Of a stretch of DNA of 64,000 nt, positions 40,945 through 49,621 are shown piece after piece. The stretch is from contig CAZQQT010000007.1 in assembly GCA_964595645.1 (NCBI GenBank), positions 79,123-143,122 on the forward strand, written 5' to 3'. Numbering within the stretch: the first letter of the stretch is position 1; every line of letters begins with the position of its first letter. A program made the position numbers and the translations under genes. A model generated the notes under the pieces. The model was not told where the DNA came from. It was given only the letters and a program-made list of their open reading frames with translations, and ran no database searches. Source of the DNA: an uncultured Thermococci archaeon. Lineage in GTDB: Archaea > Methanobacteriota_B > Thermococci > Methanofastidiosales > B48-G16.

Positions 40945-42210
40945 TCATTTCTCCATTCGTCGTTTGAGCGATCGTGCATGCCCATATAACCCTTCCGTCT
41001 CTGCAAGCATCCTCGCTATACTACCTATCTTTTCAATTCCCGTTTTCGTCACGCGGAGAGTTGTCTGAAGCTTAACGAAATCTATGGCACTCAAGCCGCC
41101 GGTATACCGCGCACCGGTATTAGTAGGGAGTGTATGGTTGAGTCCGCTGCTGTAATCACCGAGAGCTTCGGCAGCGAAGGATCCGACAAAGAGCGATCCG
41201 TAGTTTCGTAGGCATGGGATGTACTGGTCGGGATCGCGTAGCTGAAGTTCCAGATGTTCAGGTGCCCTTTTGTTCGCAATTTTAACTGCTTCGTCTATTC
41301 CCTCGGTAAGAATCATCGCCCCGTGCGCTATCGCCTTCTCAGCAGTGGATCGTGTGGGGAGCCCCTCGAGCTGGTGTTGAAGCTCCGTTGCAACCCGCTC
41401 CGCCAAGGTTACCGATGGTGTAACTAAGAGTGGTAATGCATTGTCATCGTGTTCCGCTTGCGCAAGCAAATCGGCTGCAACGATCGCCGGATCCGCTGTC
41501 TCATCGGCAATGATCATGAGCTCGGTGGGGCCTGCGAGGAAATCGATGCCTACAGCACCAAGCACCTGTTTTTTTGCCGCTGTGACGTACGTATTTCCAG
41601 GTCCCACGATTTTATCCACCTTTTTGATAGATTCTGTTCCGTAGGCCATAGCCCCTATCGCCTGGACACCTCCCACTTTATACAGTTCGTCCACGCCGAC
41701 ACGGGCTGCTGCGGTGAGAAGTGCTGGATGGATGGTACCCTCATAGGTTGGGGGTGAGCAGACAGCGATCTCCTTCACTCCTGCAACAACAGCTGGAATG
41801 CAGCACATAAGCAGTGTAGAGAGAAGCGGTGCCTGCCCGCCGGGAACGTAGACACCCACACGATCTATCGGGATAATTTGCTGGCCGGCGAAGACCCCAG
41901 GGGCGATCTCCATTTCAAATGCGGTGAGCTGGGAGAACTGACGTTCGGCGAACTGTGTGATGTTCCTCGCAGCTGCATCGATTGCGTCCGCCACAGACGT
42001 ATCTGTCACGTGAACTGCCTCTCTGAACTCGTGACCCTCTACTCGAAGTTTTTCCAAGACCACATGGTCAAACTCGAGGGTATAGCGCTTCACTGCCCTA
42101 TCTCCTTTCTCTCGTACCTCTTGGAGTATTGTTCTCACTGTATCCAATTCCTCAGGCTCCTTGTACGTAAAGAACTCATCCGTGAGTTCATCTGCAGTAA
42201 CAATCCTCAT
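40945..42210 (-). CDS. hisD: Histidinol dehydrogenase
   Basis: GVYVPGG, KIVGPGN.YV, AGPTE, LAQAEHD, APEHLE, GDY..G.NHTLPT. Confidence 0.97.
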   Translation of the reverse strand: MRIVTADELTDEFFTYKEPEELDTVRTILQEVREKGDRAVKRYTLEFDHVVLEKLRVEGHEFREAVHVTDTSVADAIDAAARNITQFAERQFSQLTAFEMEIAPGVFAGQQIIPIDRVGVYVPGGQAPLLSTLLMCCIPAVVAGVKEIAVCSPPTYEGTIHPALLTAAARVGVDELYKVGGVQAIGAMAYGTESIKKVDKIVGPGNTYVTAAKKQVLGAVGIDFLAGPTELMIIADETADPAIVAADLLAQAEHDDNALPLLVTPSVTLAERVATELQHQLEGLPTRSTAEKAIAHGAMILTEGIDEAVKIANKRAPEHLELQLRDPDQYIPCLRNYGSLFVGSFAAEALGDYSSGLNHTLPTNTGARYTGGLSAIDFVKLQTTLRVTKTGIEKIGSIARMLAETEGLYGHARSLKRRMEK

Positions 42211-43460
42211 TCTTTTCTCCTCCGTGCAAGCTCATAAAATACCTCATCAAGGGGTATCCCTCGTTTTGCCAGCAAAACAGTAGAAAAGTATAGGAGATCG
42301 GCAATTTCCCATATCACCCCTTCGTCTGTTTCTGCCTCTACTACCTCCTGCGCTTCCTCCAGAATCTTCTCTCTGAGGAGAGGATCAGTTAGTGTGGCAG
42401 TATACGATCCCTGCTGTGGGCTGTTCAGCCTGTCCTGGACTATCTCGTAGAGCTCATACAACTCGTAGTCTCTCTCGCCGAAACAGGAGTACGATCCCGT
42501 ATGGCAGGCGACACCTTCCTGCGCTACAGTAGCAAGAATCGTGTCGCCATCGCAGTCTGCCCTCATCCGTATAAGCTCCTGCGTATTCCCCGAGGTTTCT
42601 CCTTTCTGCCACAGACTATCCCGGGATCGAGAGAAGTACCACATCTTTTCCGTCTCAAACGCTTTTCGAAGCGACTCTTTACTGCTGTACGCGAGCATGA
42701 GCACCTGTCCTGTGGTATCCTGTGTGATTGTTGGAATGAGGTCACTATCCCATCTCAGCGAAGCAATGAAGGCTTCTGTAAGATCTATTTTTCCTGTATA
42801 GAGTGCCATGCCGAGTTGAATATCCACTCCCATCCGTGAGAGCTCCCGTATCTCCTTCATCGTGCTCACTCCTCCAGCAACGGTGATCGGGTTCTCTGTG
42901 GTGTGTACCAGCGCTTCCACTACGTCCATGTCAGTTCCCTTCATTGTGCCTTCACGTTCCACGCAGGTAAAGAGGAACTCGGCAGCGTATGTCTCCAGAT
43001 GCGAGACTGTCTCAAGGAGATCGAGTCCTGTAGTGTGTCGCCATGCGTCGGTCACGATCTCTCTGTGGAGAGCATCAATGGCAATGATCACTCTGTCTCT
43101 TCCCACCGCCGAGACCAACGCTTCAAGAAAACCGTCGTTGATCCTGCCGCTATCAAAGGCTTTCGATCCGACGATGATCTTTTTCGCGCCGAGAGAAATG
43201 AGCTCCCGTGCATGTTCCGGTGTCCGTACTCCACCACCCACACGACAGTCCCCAATTCTCAGGATCTTTTTTACTGTCTCAGCATTATCGCCTTTGTTCA
43301 TGGCGGCATCGAGATCGATGACTGCGATCTCACCGTATCTATCAAACTCTCTGGCAAGAGAAAACACATCCTCACGTTCAAGCATCTTTTTCCTTCCCTG
43401 TTGTAACTGCACCGCCTTTCCCTCTTTGAGGTCGATGGAAGGGATGATCATCGTACGCAC
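42207..43460 (-). CDS. hisAIE: HisA-HisI-HisE fusion protein
   Basis: IIPSIDL..GKAV / VGGG.R / AGG (HisA barrel); SRSR..LW.KGETSGN, DCDGD, ACHTG (HisI); SYT, KILEEA.EV, EIADLLY (HisE). Confidence 0.92.
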   Translation of the reverse strand: MRTMIIPSIDLKEGKAVQLQQGRKKMLEREDVFSLAREFDRYGEIAVIDLDAAMNKGDNAETVKKILRIGDCRVGGGVRTPEHARELISLGAKKIIVGSKAFDSGRINDGFLEALVSAVGRDRVIIAIDALHREIVTDAWRHTTGLDLLETVSHLETYAAEFLFTCVEREGTMKGTDMDVVEALVHTTENPITVAGGVSTMKEIRELSRMGVDIQLGMALYTGKIDLTEAFIASLRWDSDLIPTITQDTTGQVLMLAYSSKESLRKAFETEKMWYFSRSRDSLWQKGETSGNTQELIRMRADCDGDTILATVAQEGVACHTGSYSCFGERDYELYELYEIVQDRLNSPQQGSYTATLTDPLLREKILEEAQEVVEAETDEGVIWEIADLLYFSTVLLAKRGIPLDEVFYELARRRKE

Positions 43461-44200
43461 ACTCCTCTTTTCTTTAGATACGTCTTGATCTCCTGTACTG
43501 TGTACTCACCGTCGTGAAGAAGGGATGCCAGGAGAACGGCATCTGTCTTTCCGTTTTCCACTACCTCGTATATTTGTTCGAGGGTTCCAGCCCCACCTGA
43601 TGCAATAACTGGGATGTTCACGCTCTCAGAGACTGTCCTCGTGAGCTCAAGATCGTAGCCTTGCTGCGTTCCGTCTCTATCCATAGAGTTGAGCAGGATC
43701 TCGCCTGCACCAAGCGCTTCGCCTTTTTTTGCCCAGGAAATAACATCAACCCCCGAATTATTCCGTCCACCATGGGTATAGGCGTACCATCGGGTCCCTC
43801 GTTTTTTCGCGTCGACAGAGAGTACGATACATTGGGATCCAAAAGTCTGTGCCCCGCGAGAGAGAAGATCGGGGTTGTGGAGGGCGGAAGTGCATAGTGC
43901 AACTTTATCAGCGCCTGCATTCAGAACAGCACGCATATCCTCAACAGTTCGCAATCCTCCACCAACTGTGAGCGGAATGAAGACCTCTCTCGACACGCCC
44001 CTCACTACATCGATAAGGATCTCTCTACTTTTATAGGAGGCTCCAATATCGAGAAAGATGAGTTCATCGGCTCCTTGATCATTGTACCGTCTCGCAAATT
44101 CCATTGGATCGCCTACATCGCGGAGTTCCTTAAATCTTACACCCTTTCTCACTCTTCCCTCGTCTACATCGAGACAGGGAATAATCCGTGTTGTTAACAT
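43448..44200 (-). CDS. hisF: Imidazole glycerol phosphate synthase cyclase subunit
   Basis: RIIPCLDV, GADEL.FLDI, GAGEILLNSMDRDGT, IASGGAG. Confidence 0.98.
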   Translation of the reverse strand: MLTTRIIPCLDVDEGRVRKGVRFKELRDVGDPMEFARRYNDQGADELIFLDIGASYKSREILIDVVRGVSREVFIPLTVGGGLRTVEDMRAVLNAGADKVALCTSALHNPDLLSRGAQTFGSQCIVLSVDAKKRGTRWYAYTHGGRNNSGVDVISWAKKGEALGAGEILLNSMDRDGTQQGYDLELTRTVSESVNIPVIASGGAGTLEQIYEVVENGKTDAVLLASLLHDGEYTVQEIKTYLKKRGVCVR

Positions 44201-44790
44201 TGTCTCACCCAGTTTTTCAGGAGGTTAAGCCCAATTTTTCCGCTCTTTTCCGGGTGAAACTGCACAGCGTAGATCTTACCCTTTCCAATCACAGAAGGGT
44301 AGGAGACACCATACTCGGTGGTGCCGATCACAATGGACTCCTCTGTACGAACGTAGTACCCGTGCAAAAAGTAAAAAAAGGAACTATCATCGATTCCTTC
44401 CATTAACGGCGAGTTCCGTTTTATAGAAACGTTGTTCCACCCTATCTGTGGTACTTTATACCTTTCAAACTCAACGACATTGCCGCGGAAAATGCCAAAC
44501 CCCCTCGTATCCTCCGCCTCTTCACTTGTTTCAAAAAGGAGCTGCATGCCGAGGCAGATCCCTAAAAACGGCCTATCCGCGCGTATCCAGTCATCAATAT
44601 GCTCATACATGCCTGAAAACACTAGCCGGAGAATCGCAGAACGGAATGCACCGACACCTGGAAGAATCAGGCCATCTATCCCTCTAAAATCTTTTTTCGA
44701 TTCGACAACTTTGTATTGTGTTCCCAAGTATTCTAGCGCTTTTTTTACTGAAAGGAGATTTCCAGCTCCATAATCTACTATTCCAATCAT
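44194..44790 (-). CDS. hisH: Imidazole glycerol phosphate synthase glutaminase subunit
   Basis: DYGAGN, LPGVG, GICLGMQ, QFHPEKS. Confidence 0.98.
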   Translation of the reverse strand: MIGIVDYGAGNLLSVKKALEYLGTQYKVVESKKDFRGIDGLILPGVGAFRSAILRLVFSGMYEHIDDWIRADRPFLGICLGMQLLFETSEEAEDTRGFGIFRGNVVEFERYKVPQIGWNNVSIKRNSPLMEGIDDSSFFYFLHGYYVRTEESIVIGTTEYGVSYPSVIGKGKIYAVQFHPEKSGKIGLNLLKNWVRQC

Positions 44791-45374
44791 ACTATCCCCT
44801 TTGTGCTTGGTATAGCGTTTTTTCGCCGTTTTTCAATAGTGCACGCCCTCTTCAACGAATGTCCGAAGGCTTTAAAGATTGCCTCGATCTTGTGGTGATC
44901 GGAACGGCCGTAATACACGTGCACATGAAGTGTGGCCCCCAACGATCCAACAATCCCCTGAAAAAAATCGTTTAACAACTCAGTAGAGAGATCACCAACT
45001 CTCTTGTTTTCAAAGGTTGCATGCATGGTGAGATGGGTTCTGTTGGATATATCGACGGCAGTCATTGCCAACGCGTCATCCATGGGGCAGACAAAGAACC
45101 CCGTCCTACAAATGCCTCTTTTATCACGCAATGCTTTCCTAAAAGCTTCGCCCAGTACAATTCCTGTATCTTCGACAGTGTGGTGCTGATCCACCGCTGT
45201 ATCACCGTGTACTTCCATTTCCAGATCAAAGACTCCATGCTTCGCAAAGGTCTCCAACATGTGCGTTAAAAACCCTATAGGTGTTTTTACAGTGCTCTCT
45301 CCCGTTCCATCAAGGTTGAGCTCTATTCGTATCTGTGTCTCCTTTGTGTTTCTCTCAACAACAGCAGTTCTCAT
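44787..45374 (-). CDS. hisB: Imidazoleglycerol-phosphate dehydratase
   Basis: RNTKET, DQHHTVED, DHHKIEAIFK, PSTKG. Confidence 0.98.
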   Translation of the reverse strand: MRTAVVERNTKETQIRIELNLDGTGESTVKTPIGFLTHMLETFAKHGVFDLEMEVHGDTAVDQHHTVEDTGIVLGEAFRKALRDKRGICRTGFFVCPMDDALAMTAVDISNRTHLTMHATFENKRVGDLSTELLNDFFQGIVGSLGATLHVHVYYGRSDHHKIEAIFKAFGHSLKRACTIEKRRKNAIPSTKGIV

Positions 45375-46438
45375 ATTGACACATCTCCCATTCCTTTTTC
45401 CTCTCGGGGTAGAATATCTCTCAGTACGCTAAGAAACGCGGTATTTTCGCTGCGGGTACCGACAGTTACTCGAAGATATCCGTCCATTACTGGCAATGAG
45501 CTGAGATCCTTCACCAGTATTCCCCTTTTCTCTAAGGCGTTTTTGATACACTCGGCATCCTGTCCCACATTGACCAAGATGAAATTTGTAGCCGTAGTAC
45601 GCGTGTTAACGCCCAGTTTTCTCAATGCACTGGAAAGAAACGCCTTTTCCTTCTGTATATGGTTGACCATGCGACCTATATAGGCAGTATCGGCAAGTGC
45701 TGCTCTCCCTGCAGCAACAGCTGCAGCATTAACAGAAAAAGGAGAAACCACCTTTCGAAGCTCGTCAATGATCTCTTCACTCGCTACGGCCATACCCAGC
45801 CGCAGACCGGCCAGCCCAAATGCCTTGGAAAAGCTGTGGACTGTAATGAGGTTTTCGAACTCCTCGACGAGATCGACGTACGACTCACCGGCAAAGTGGT
45901 AGTAGGTTTCATCCAGCACGACCAGTGAGTTGCTCATTTCCTCCATGATGTCAACGAACTCATCTTTGTCGATGCACGTGCCGGTGGGGCTTCCTGGATT
46001 CACAACAACCACAAGCTTCCCTGACTGTGATACGAGGCGTTTCGTTGGAAAGGAAAGATCCTCATTGTACATCACAGGTACCACCTGTGCTCCTCGTATC
46101 TGTGCCAAGATTTCGTACATGGGAAATGTCGGAGAGGGGAGTATCGCCCTATCTCCCTTTCCAATGTACGCGTTCATCGCCGCTTGAATCGCTCCATTGG
46201 CACCATTGGTGAGAAGAATATTTTCAGGGGGTACTGCTAAATACGTTGAAATTTCCTCAACTAACTGAGAATAATCCGGGTATAAGCTTATATCATTGGA
46301 ATCCAGAGCGTGAAGAGCTTCTAGTGCCTTCGATGAGCAGCCTCTAGTATTCTCGTTGAGGTTCAGCCGTATAGCAGATTTTCGTAATTTAGGTGGTAGA
46401 TACGGTGAAACCTCAGCCAGTTCCTCACGAGCTCTCAC
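45371..46438 (-). CDS. hisC: Histidinol-phosphate aminotransferase
   Basis: LNLNEN, SFSKAFGLAGLRLG, LRVTVG; operon context. Confidence 0.95.
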   Translation of the reverse strand: MRAREELAEVSPYLPPKLRKSAIRLNLNENTRGCSSKALEALHALDSNDISLYPDYSQLVEEISTYLAVPPENILLTNGANGAIQAAMNAYIGKGDRAILPSPTFPMYEILAQIRGAQVVPVMYNEDLSFPTKRLVSQSGKLVVVVNPGSPTGTCIDKDEFVDIMEEMSNSLVVLDETYYHFAGESYVDLVEEFENLITVHSFSKAFGLAGLRLGMAVASEEIIDELRKVVSPFSVNAAAVAAGRAALADTAYIGRMVNHIQKEKAFLSSALRKLGVNTRTTATNFILVNVGQDAECIKNALEKRGILVKDLSSLPVMDGYLRVTVGTRSENTAFLSVLRDILPREEKGMGDVSI

Positions 46439-47289
46439 AGGACCACCTTCCGCAACTCGTACTCCAGAATGTCGGTCGCACCGAGGTTTTTGAGTTGTGG
46501 TATCAGTTTTGCTGTTTCCGTCCGTTTCACCGCAATTTTTACCGCGTACCCTTTCTCCCCATAGAGTGGTGCCATAGTTGGAGATCGCATGCAGGGGAGA
46601 CTCTGAATGATTTCATCGGCTCTCTCTTGAGGAACGTTCATCTCAAGCATGACCCGTTCCCGGGCGTCAAGTACCGCCTCAAACAGCGTCGTTAATTCGT
46701 CGATCTTCTCTCGTTTCCAGGGATCCTCCAACGCCTTTCTACTTCCGATAAATCGAGTGGATGAGTTCAAAAGTGTGCTGACAACGTGGAGGTTGTGCTT
46801 CTCGAGTGTCCGTCCAGTGGAGGTGTTATCAACGATCATATCAGCATCGTCAGGAGGAAAAACCTCTGTTGCACCGTGGGTCCGTAAAAATACGTAGTCG
46901 TATCCTTCTTTCTTAAGAAAATTCGTGGTGATTCTCTCGTACTCAGACGCAACGACGATCCTTCTCTCATGGAGATTTTCGTGCAGAAGATCCTCCGGTA
47001 CCGCCGCCACAATTTGTACGGGATCGAACCCGAGATCCAGTACCTCCACCACATCCGCACCTGTTTCAAGTACCCAATCATGTCCAGTAACCCCGACATC
47101 GTGCGATCCCAGCTCGAGAAGTGTTGGGATATTCTGCGGTTTCATTATTTTCATTTCAAGCTCTGTGTCACTGACAGTAGGTCTGTACGTTCGCTCCTTT
47201 ACCTCTATCCGTATGCCTGCCTCGTTCAGAAGGCCGATCACATTCCCATGAATCCTACCCTTCGGTATAACAATTCGTAATGTTGTCAC
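46435..47289 (-). CDS. hisG: ATP phosphoribosyltransferase (long form)
   Basis: PKGRI, G.D...E, HGATE, D...TGRTL, C-terminal regulatory domain with SPT. Confidence 0.97.
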   Translation of the reverse strand: MTTLRIVIPKGRIHGNVIGLLNEAGIRIEVKERTYRPTVSDTELEMKIMKPQNIPTLLELGSHDVGVTGHDWVLETGADVVEVLDLGFDPVQIVAAVPEDLLHENLHERRIVVASEYERITTNFLKKEGYDYVFLRTHGATEVFPPDDADMIVDNTSTGRTLEKHNLHVVSTLLNSSTRFIGSRKALEDPWKREKIDELTTLFEAVLDARERVMLEMNVPQERADEIIQSLPCMRSPTMAPLYGEKGYAVKIAVKRTETAKLIPQLKNLGATDILEYELRKVVL

Positions 47290-47295
47290 AAAAGC

Positions 47296-47318
47296 ACCTC
47301 CCCTCTTAAAAAGGAGAT
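47296..47318 (-). promoter_or_regulatory. Hairpin sequestering the hisG Shine-Dalgarno
   Basis: mRNA AUCUCCUUU-UUAAG-AGGGGAGGU: 9-bp stem including three G-U pairs, whose 3' arm contains the SD GGAGGU; the GUG start follows. Confidence 0.7.
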
Positions 47319-47321
47319 TAG

Positions 47322-47399
47322 TTATCGATGGTGATGCAGTCCCGACACTACCTTAGAAATACCAATGTTCGTAGGTGTACATTGTTGGTCAGGATACAT
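47322..47399 (-). CDS. Putative his operon leader peptide MYPDQQCTPTNIGISKVVSGLHHHR
   Basis: 25-codon ORF with tandem His codons CAT CAC CAT at 47336-47328, between the TATA box and hisG. Confidence 0.75.
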   Translation of the reverse strand: MYPDQQCTPTNIGISKVVSGLHHHR

Positions 47400-47421
47400 C
47401 ACGCCTCTTTCTCTTTGTCCC

Positions 47422-47437
47422 TTTATAAATGTTTTCC
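47422..47437 (-). promoter_or_regulatory. Archaeal BRE/TATA promoter of the his operon
   Basis: Minus strand reads GGAAAAC-A-TTTATAAA, with the TATA ending about 23 nt before the leader ATG. Confidence 0.7.
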
Positions 47438-47673
47438 CAGCATAAAGTTTTAAAGGATGTACCTATTCTCATTCGCATGCTCCGTTGAAGAAAAAAGAGA
47501 GCGTTTTTTCTACATTTTTATTACTTTAATAAACTATTTCTGAATTAGAACGCGACGAAGTATTTTTCAGTGCTTTTGAGGCATATAAGAGAAAATTGGA
47601 AAAAACACAACAGCTTCTGAGAATGAGAAAATCTTTTAAAGACATATATGCAGAAGAGAATAAAGAGAGTACT

Positions 47674-48432
47674 ATGAAAATCTTTATTATAGCAGCTGCA
47701 CTGACTCTTACTGTTGTTGCGATCTTTGTGTATACTCAGGAGGAACCACCCATGGAAGAGAAAAACATGACTCATAAAATAGAAATGCCTCCCATCGACC
47801 TCGATACGCCAGCTGAGACGAAAACGGCAACCTTCGCCCTCGGCTGCTTTTGGGGTGCTGAGTCCACCTTTGGCTGCGTTCCGGGTGTGATCAGAACTCG
47901 TGTCGGATATGCGGGAGGCACCACCGAGAATCCAACCTATCGTAATATCGACGATCATATTGAAACCGTCCAGATCGAGTACGATCCCACGATGGTATCC
48001 TACGAAGAACTCCTCGAGATCTTCTGGAACGCGCATACCCCCACGTCACAACCGTGGAAACGGCAGTACATGTCTGTAATATTCACTCATACAAACGAGC
48101 AAAGAGAACTGGCTTCTTCAACACGAAATCGCGAGGCGAAAATCCAGAGAGAGATCGCGACAGAAATCATAGCCTTCTCGAAATTTTATCCTGCTGAGGA
48201 CTACCACCAAAAGTACCATCTCCAGCAGTATACGAAGCTTATGAACGAGTTTACAACTGTCTACCCAAATTCTAAGGATTTTATCAACTCTACCGCCGTA
48301 ACACGAACGAATGGATATGTGGGTGGGTGTGGCACCCTGGCAGATCTCCAAGAAGAGATAGACCAGCTCGGACTCTCAAAAGAGGGGAAGAAGTATCTGT
48401 TAGAGATTGTGAGTGGAAGAAAATACCGTTAA
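47674..48432 (+). CDS. msrA: Peptide methionine sulfoxide reductase A with N-terminal signal anchor
   Basis: GCFWG, TRVGYAGG, FYPAEDYHQKY. Confidence 0.95.
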   Translation: MKIFIIAAALTLTVVAIFVYTQEEPPMEEKNMTHKIEMPPIDLDTPAETKTATFALGCFWGAESTFGCVPGVIRTRVGYAGGTTENPTYRNIDDHIETVQIEYDPTMVSYEELLEIFWNAHTPTSQPWKRQYMSVIFTHTNEQRELASSTRNREAKIQREIATEIIAFSKFYPAEDYHQKYHLQQYTKLMNEFTTVYPNSKDFINSTAVTRTNGYVGGCGTLADLQEEIDQLGLSKEGKKYLLEIVSGRKYR

Positions 48433-48526
48433 ATAAGATGAAAAAAAAGAATAGAGAGGAGAGAGCACGGCACGGTATGAAAAAAACACGAAGGGGGGCG
48501 ATACGATAGAAAAGGAACGAGGAGCC

Positions 48527-49012
48527 ATGGACAGTCAGTTGAAATGGAGATGGGGTATCGGCATGACCTTAATGATCGTGGAAATCCTCCTTTTTATCAT
48601 CTACCATAGACCAGCCATCGTCTGGCTCGGCAATCTCGGCTGGATACTCCTCTGGATTGCAGCATTTTTGGCAGTAATTCCTGTTTTCACTCTCCGCAAA
48701 CGAGGAGGAGTGACAGAGGGGAAAAGTTATATTGAGACCACGACACTCGTGGATACTGGACTCTACGGGGTGGTACGACATCCGCAATATCTCTCCTTTA
48801 TGCTCATCTGTGTCGGCATTATCCTCGCGGCTCAGGGATGGATAGTGACAGCTGTTGGCATTCCTGCTACGCTCGCGATCTATCTCGTCATTCGCAGTCA
48901 GGATCGGTTCCTCGTTACGCAGTTTGGTGATGCGTACACAGACTATATGGAACGGGTACCGCGGGTAAACATTCTACTCGGTATTATCCGCTGGTTGCAG
49001 AGGAAAAAATAA
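48527..49012 (+). CDS. ICMT/PEMT-family membrane methyltransferase
   Basis: LVDTGLYGVVRHPQY, FG.AY.DY...VPR. Confidence 0.88.
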   Translation: MDSQLKWRWGIGMTLMIVEILLFIIYHRPAIVWLGNLGWILLWIAAFLAVIPVFTLRKRGGVTEGKSYIETTTLVDTGLYGVVRHPQYLSFMLICVGIILAAQGWIVTAVGIPATLAIYLVIRSQDRFLVTQFGDAYTDYMERVPRVNILLGIIRWLQRKK

Positions 49013-49072
49013 ATAGAGAAATAAAGAGCATGCATAAAAACCGCATTCTTGTTACCAATATCCTGAATTACA

Positions 49073-49328
49073 TTATCGGTATCCTTTTCCTCGTTTAAAA
49101 GCTCTCTCAATCTATACAGTACCTTCTTCAACAAAATACTCAAATCGATGATCCCCCCCCTCTCAGTCGATACAAATCGTGTTTCTTCCCCTTTACTTTT
49201 TTTATATCTGCTCCACTTCTCGACGTATAGGGATCGTTCATGAGCTCTTTTAATCGTTCTTTGAGCCTCTCCTTCTCATTGGTTCTATCAAGATACGTTT
49301 TTACTCGTGGATGTACCCGTATCTCCAT
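49073..49328 (-). pseudogene. RelE/ParE toxin pseudogene
   Basis: SGADIKK.KG...LYRLR, frameshift in a G-run near 49155, then GDHRFEYFVEEGTV*IERAFKRGKGYR*. Confidence 0.85.
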
Positions 49329-49526
49329 TCATATCTCATCCAAAGGTATATACGTCTCTTTCTCCTTTTGAAGTCGTTCCCACCGTGCTTCGATTAGATC
49401 TTCGACATTAATATCCTCACAGTACTTCATCAATCGATTAATAATATCATCATAAGTTTCTCCTTTATATCCAAATCGTTTTAATTTCTCCCTCGTGTTC
49501 TTTTTAATCTGGATAGTAGTCGCCAT
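49329..49526 (-). CDS. RHH-type antitoxin
   Basis: MATTIQI...TREKLK.FG.KGETYDDIINRL; abuts the toxin gene. Confidence 0.85.
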   Translation of the reverse strand: MATTIQIKKNTREKLKRFGYKGETYDDIINRLMKYCEDINVEDLIEARWERLQKEKETYIPLDEI

Positions 49527-49621
49527 GATCTATAATTGTTATACGTACTTTATAAATTTTATGTATAGTATCTAGAAATTATTTGTATATATGAAATGTA
49601 TACAAAAAATCTATCTGTCGT

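Noticed and set aside
49073-49328. Phase-variable G-tract or pyrrolysine readthrough in relE
   Set aside because: A frameshift and a separate TAG would both need correcting; simple decay is more parsimonious.
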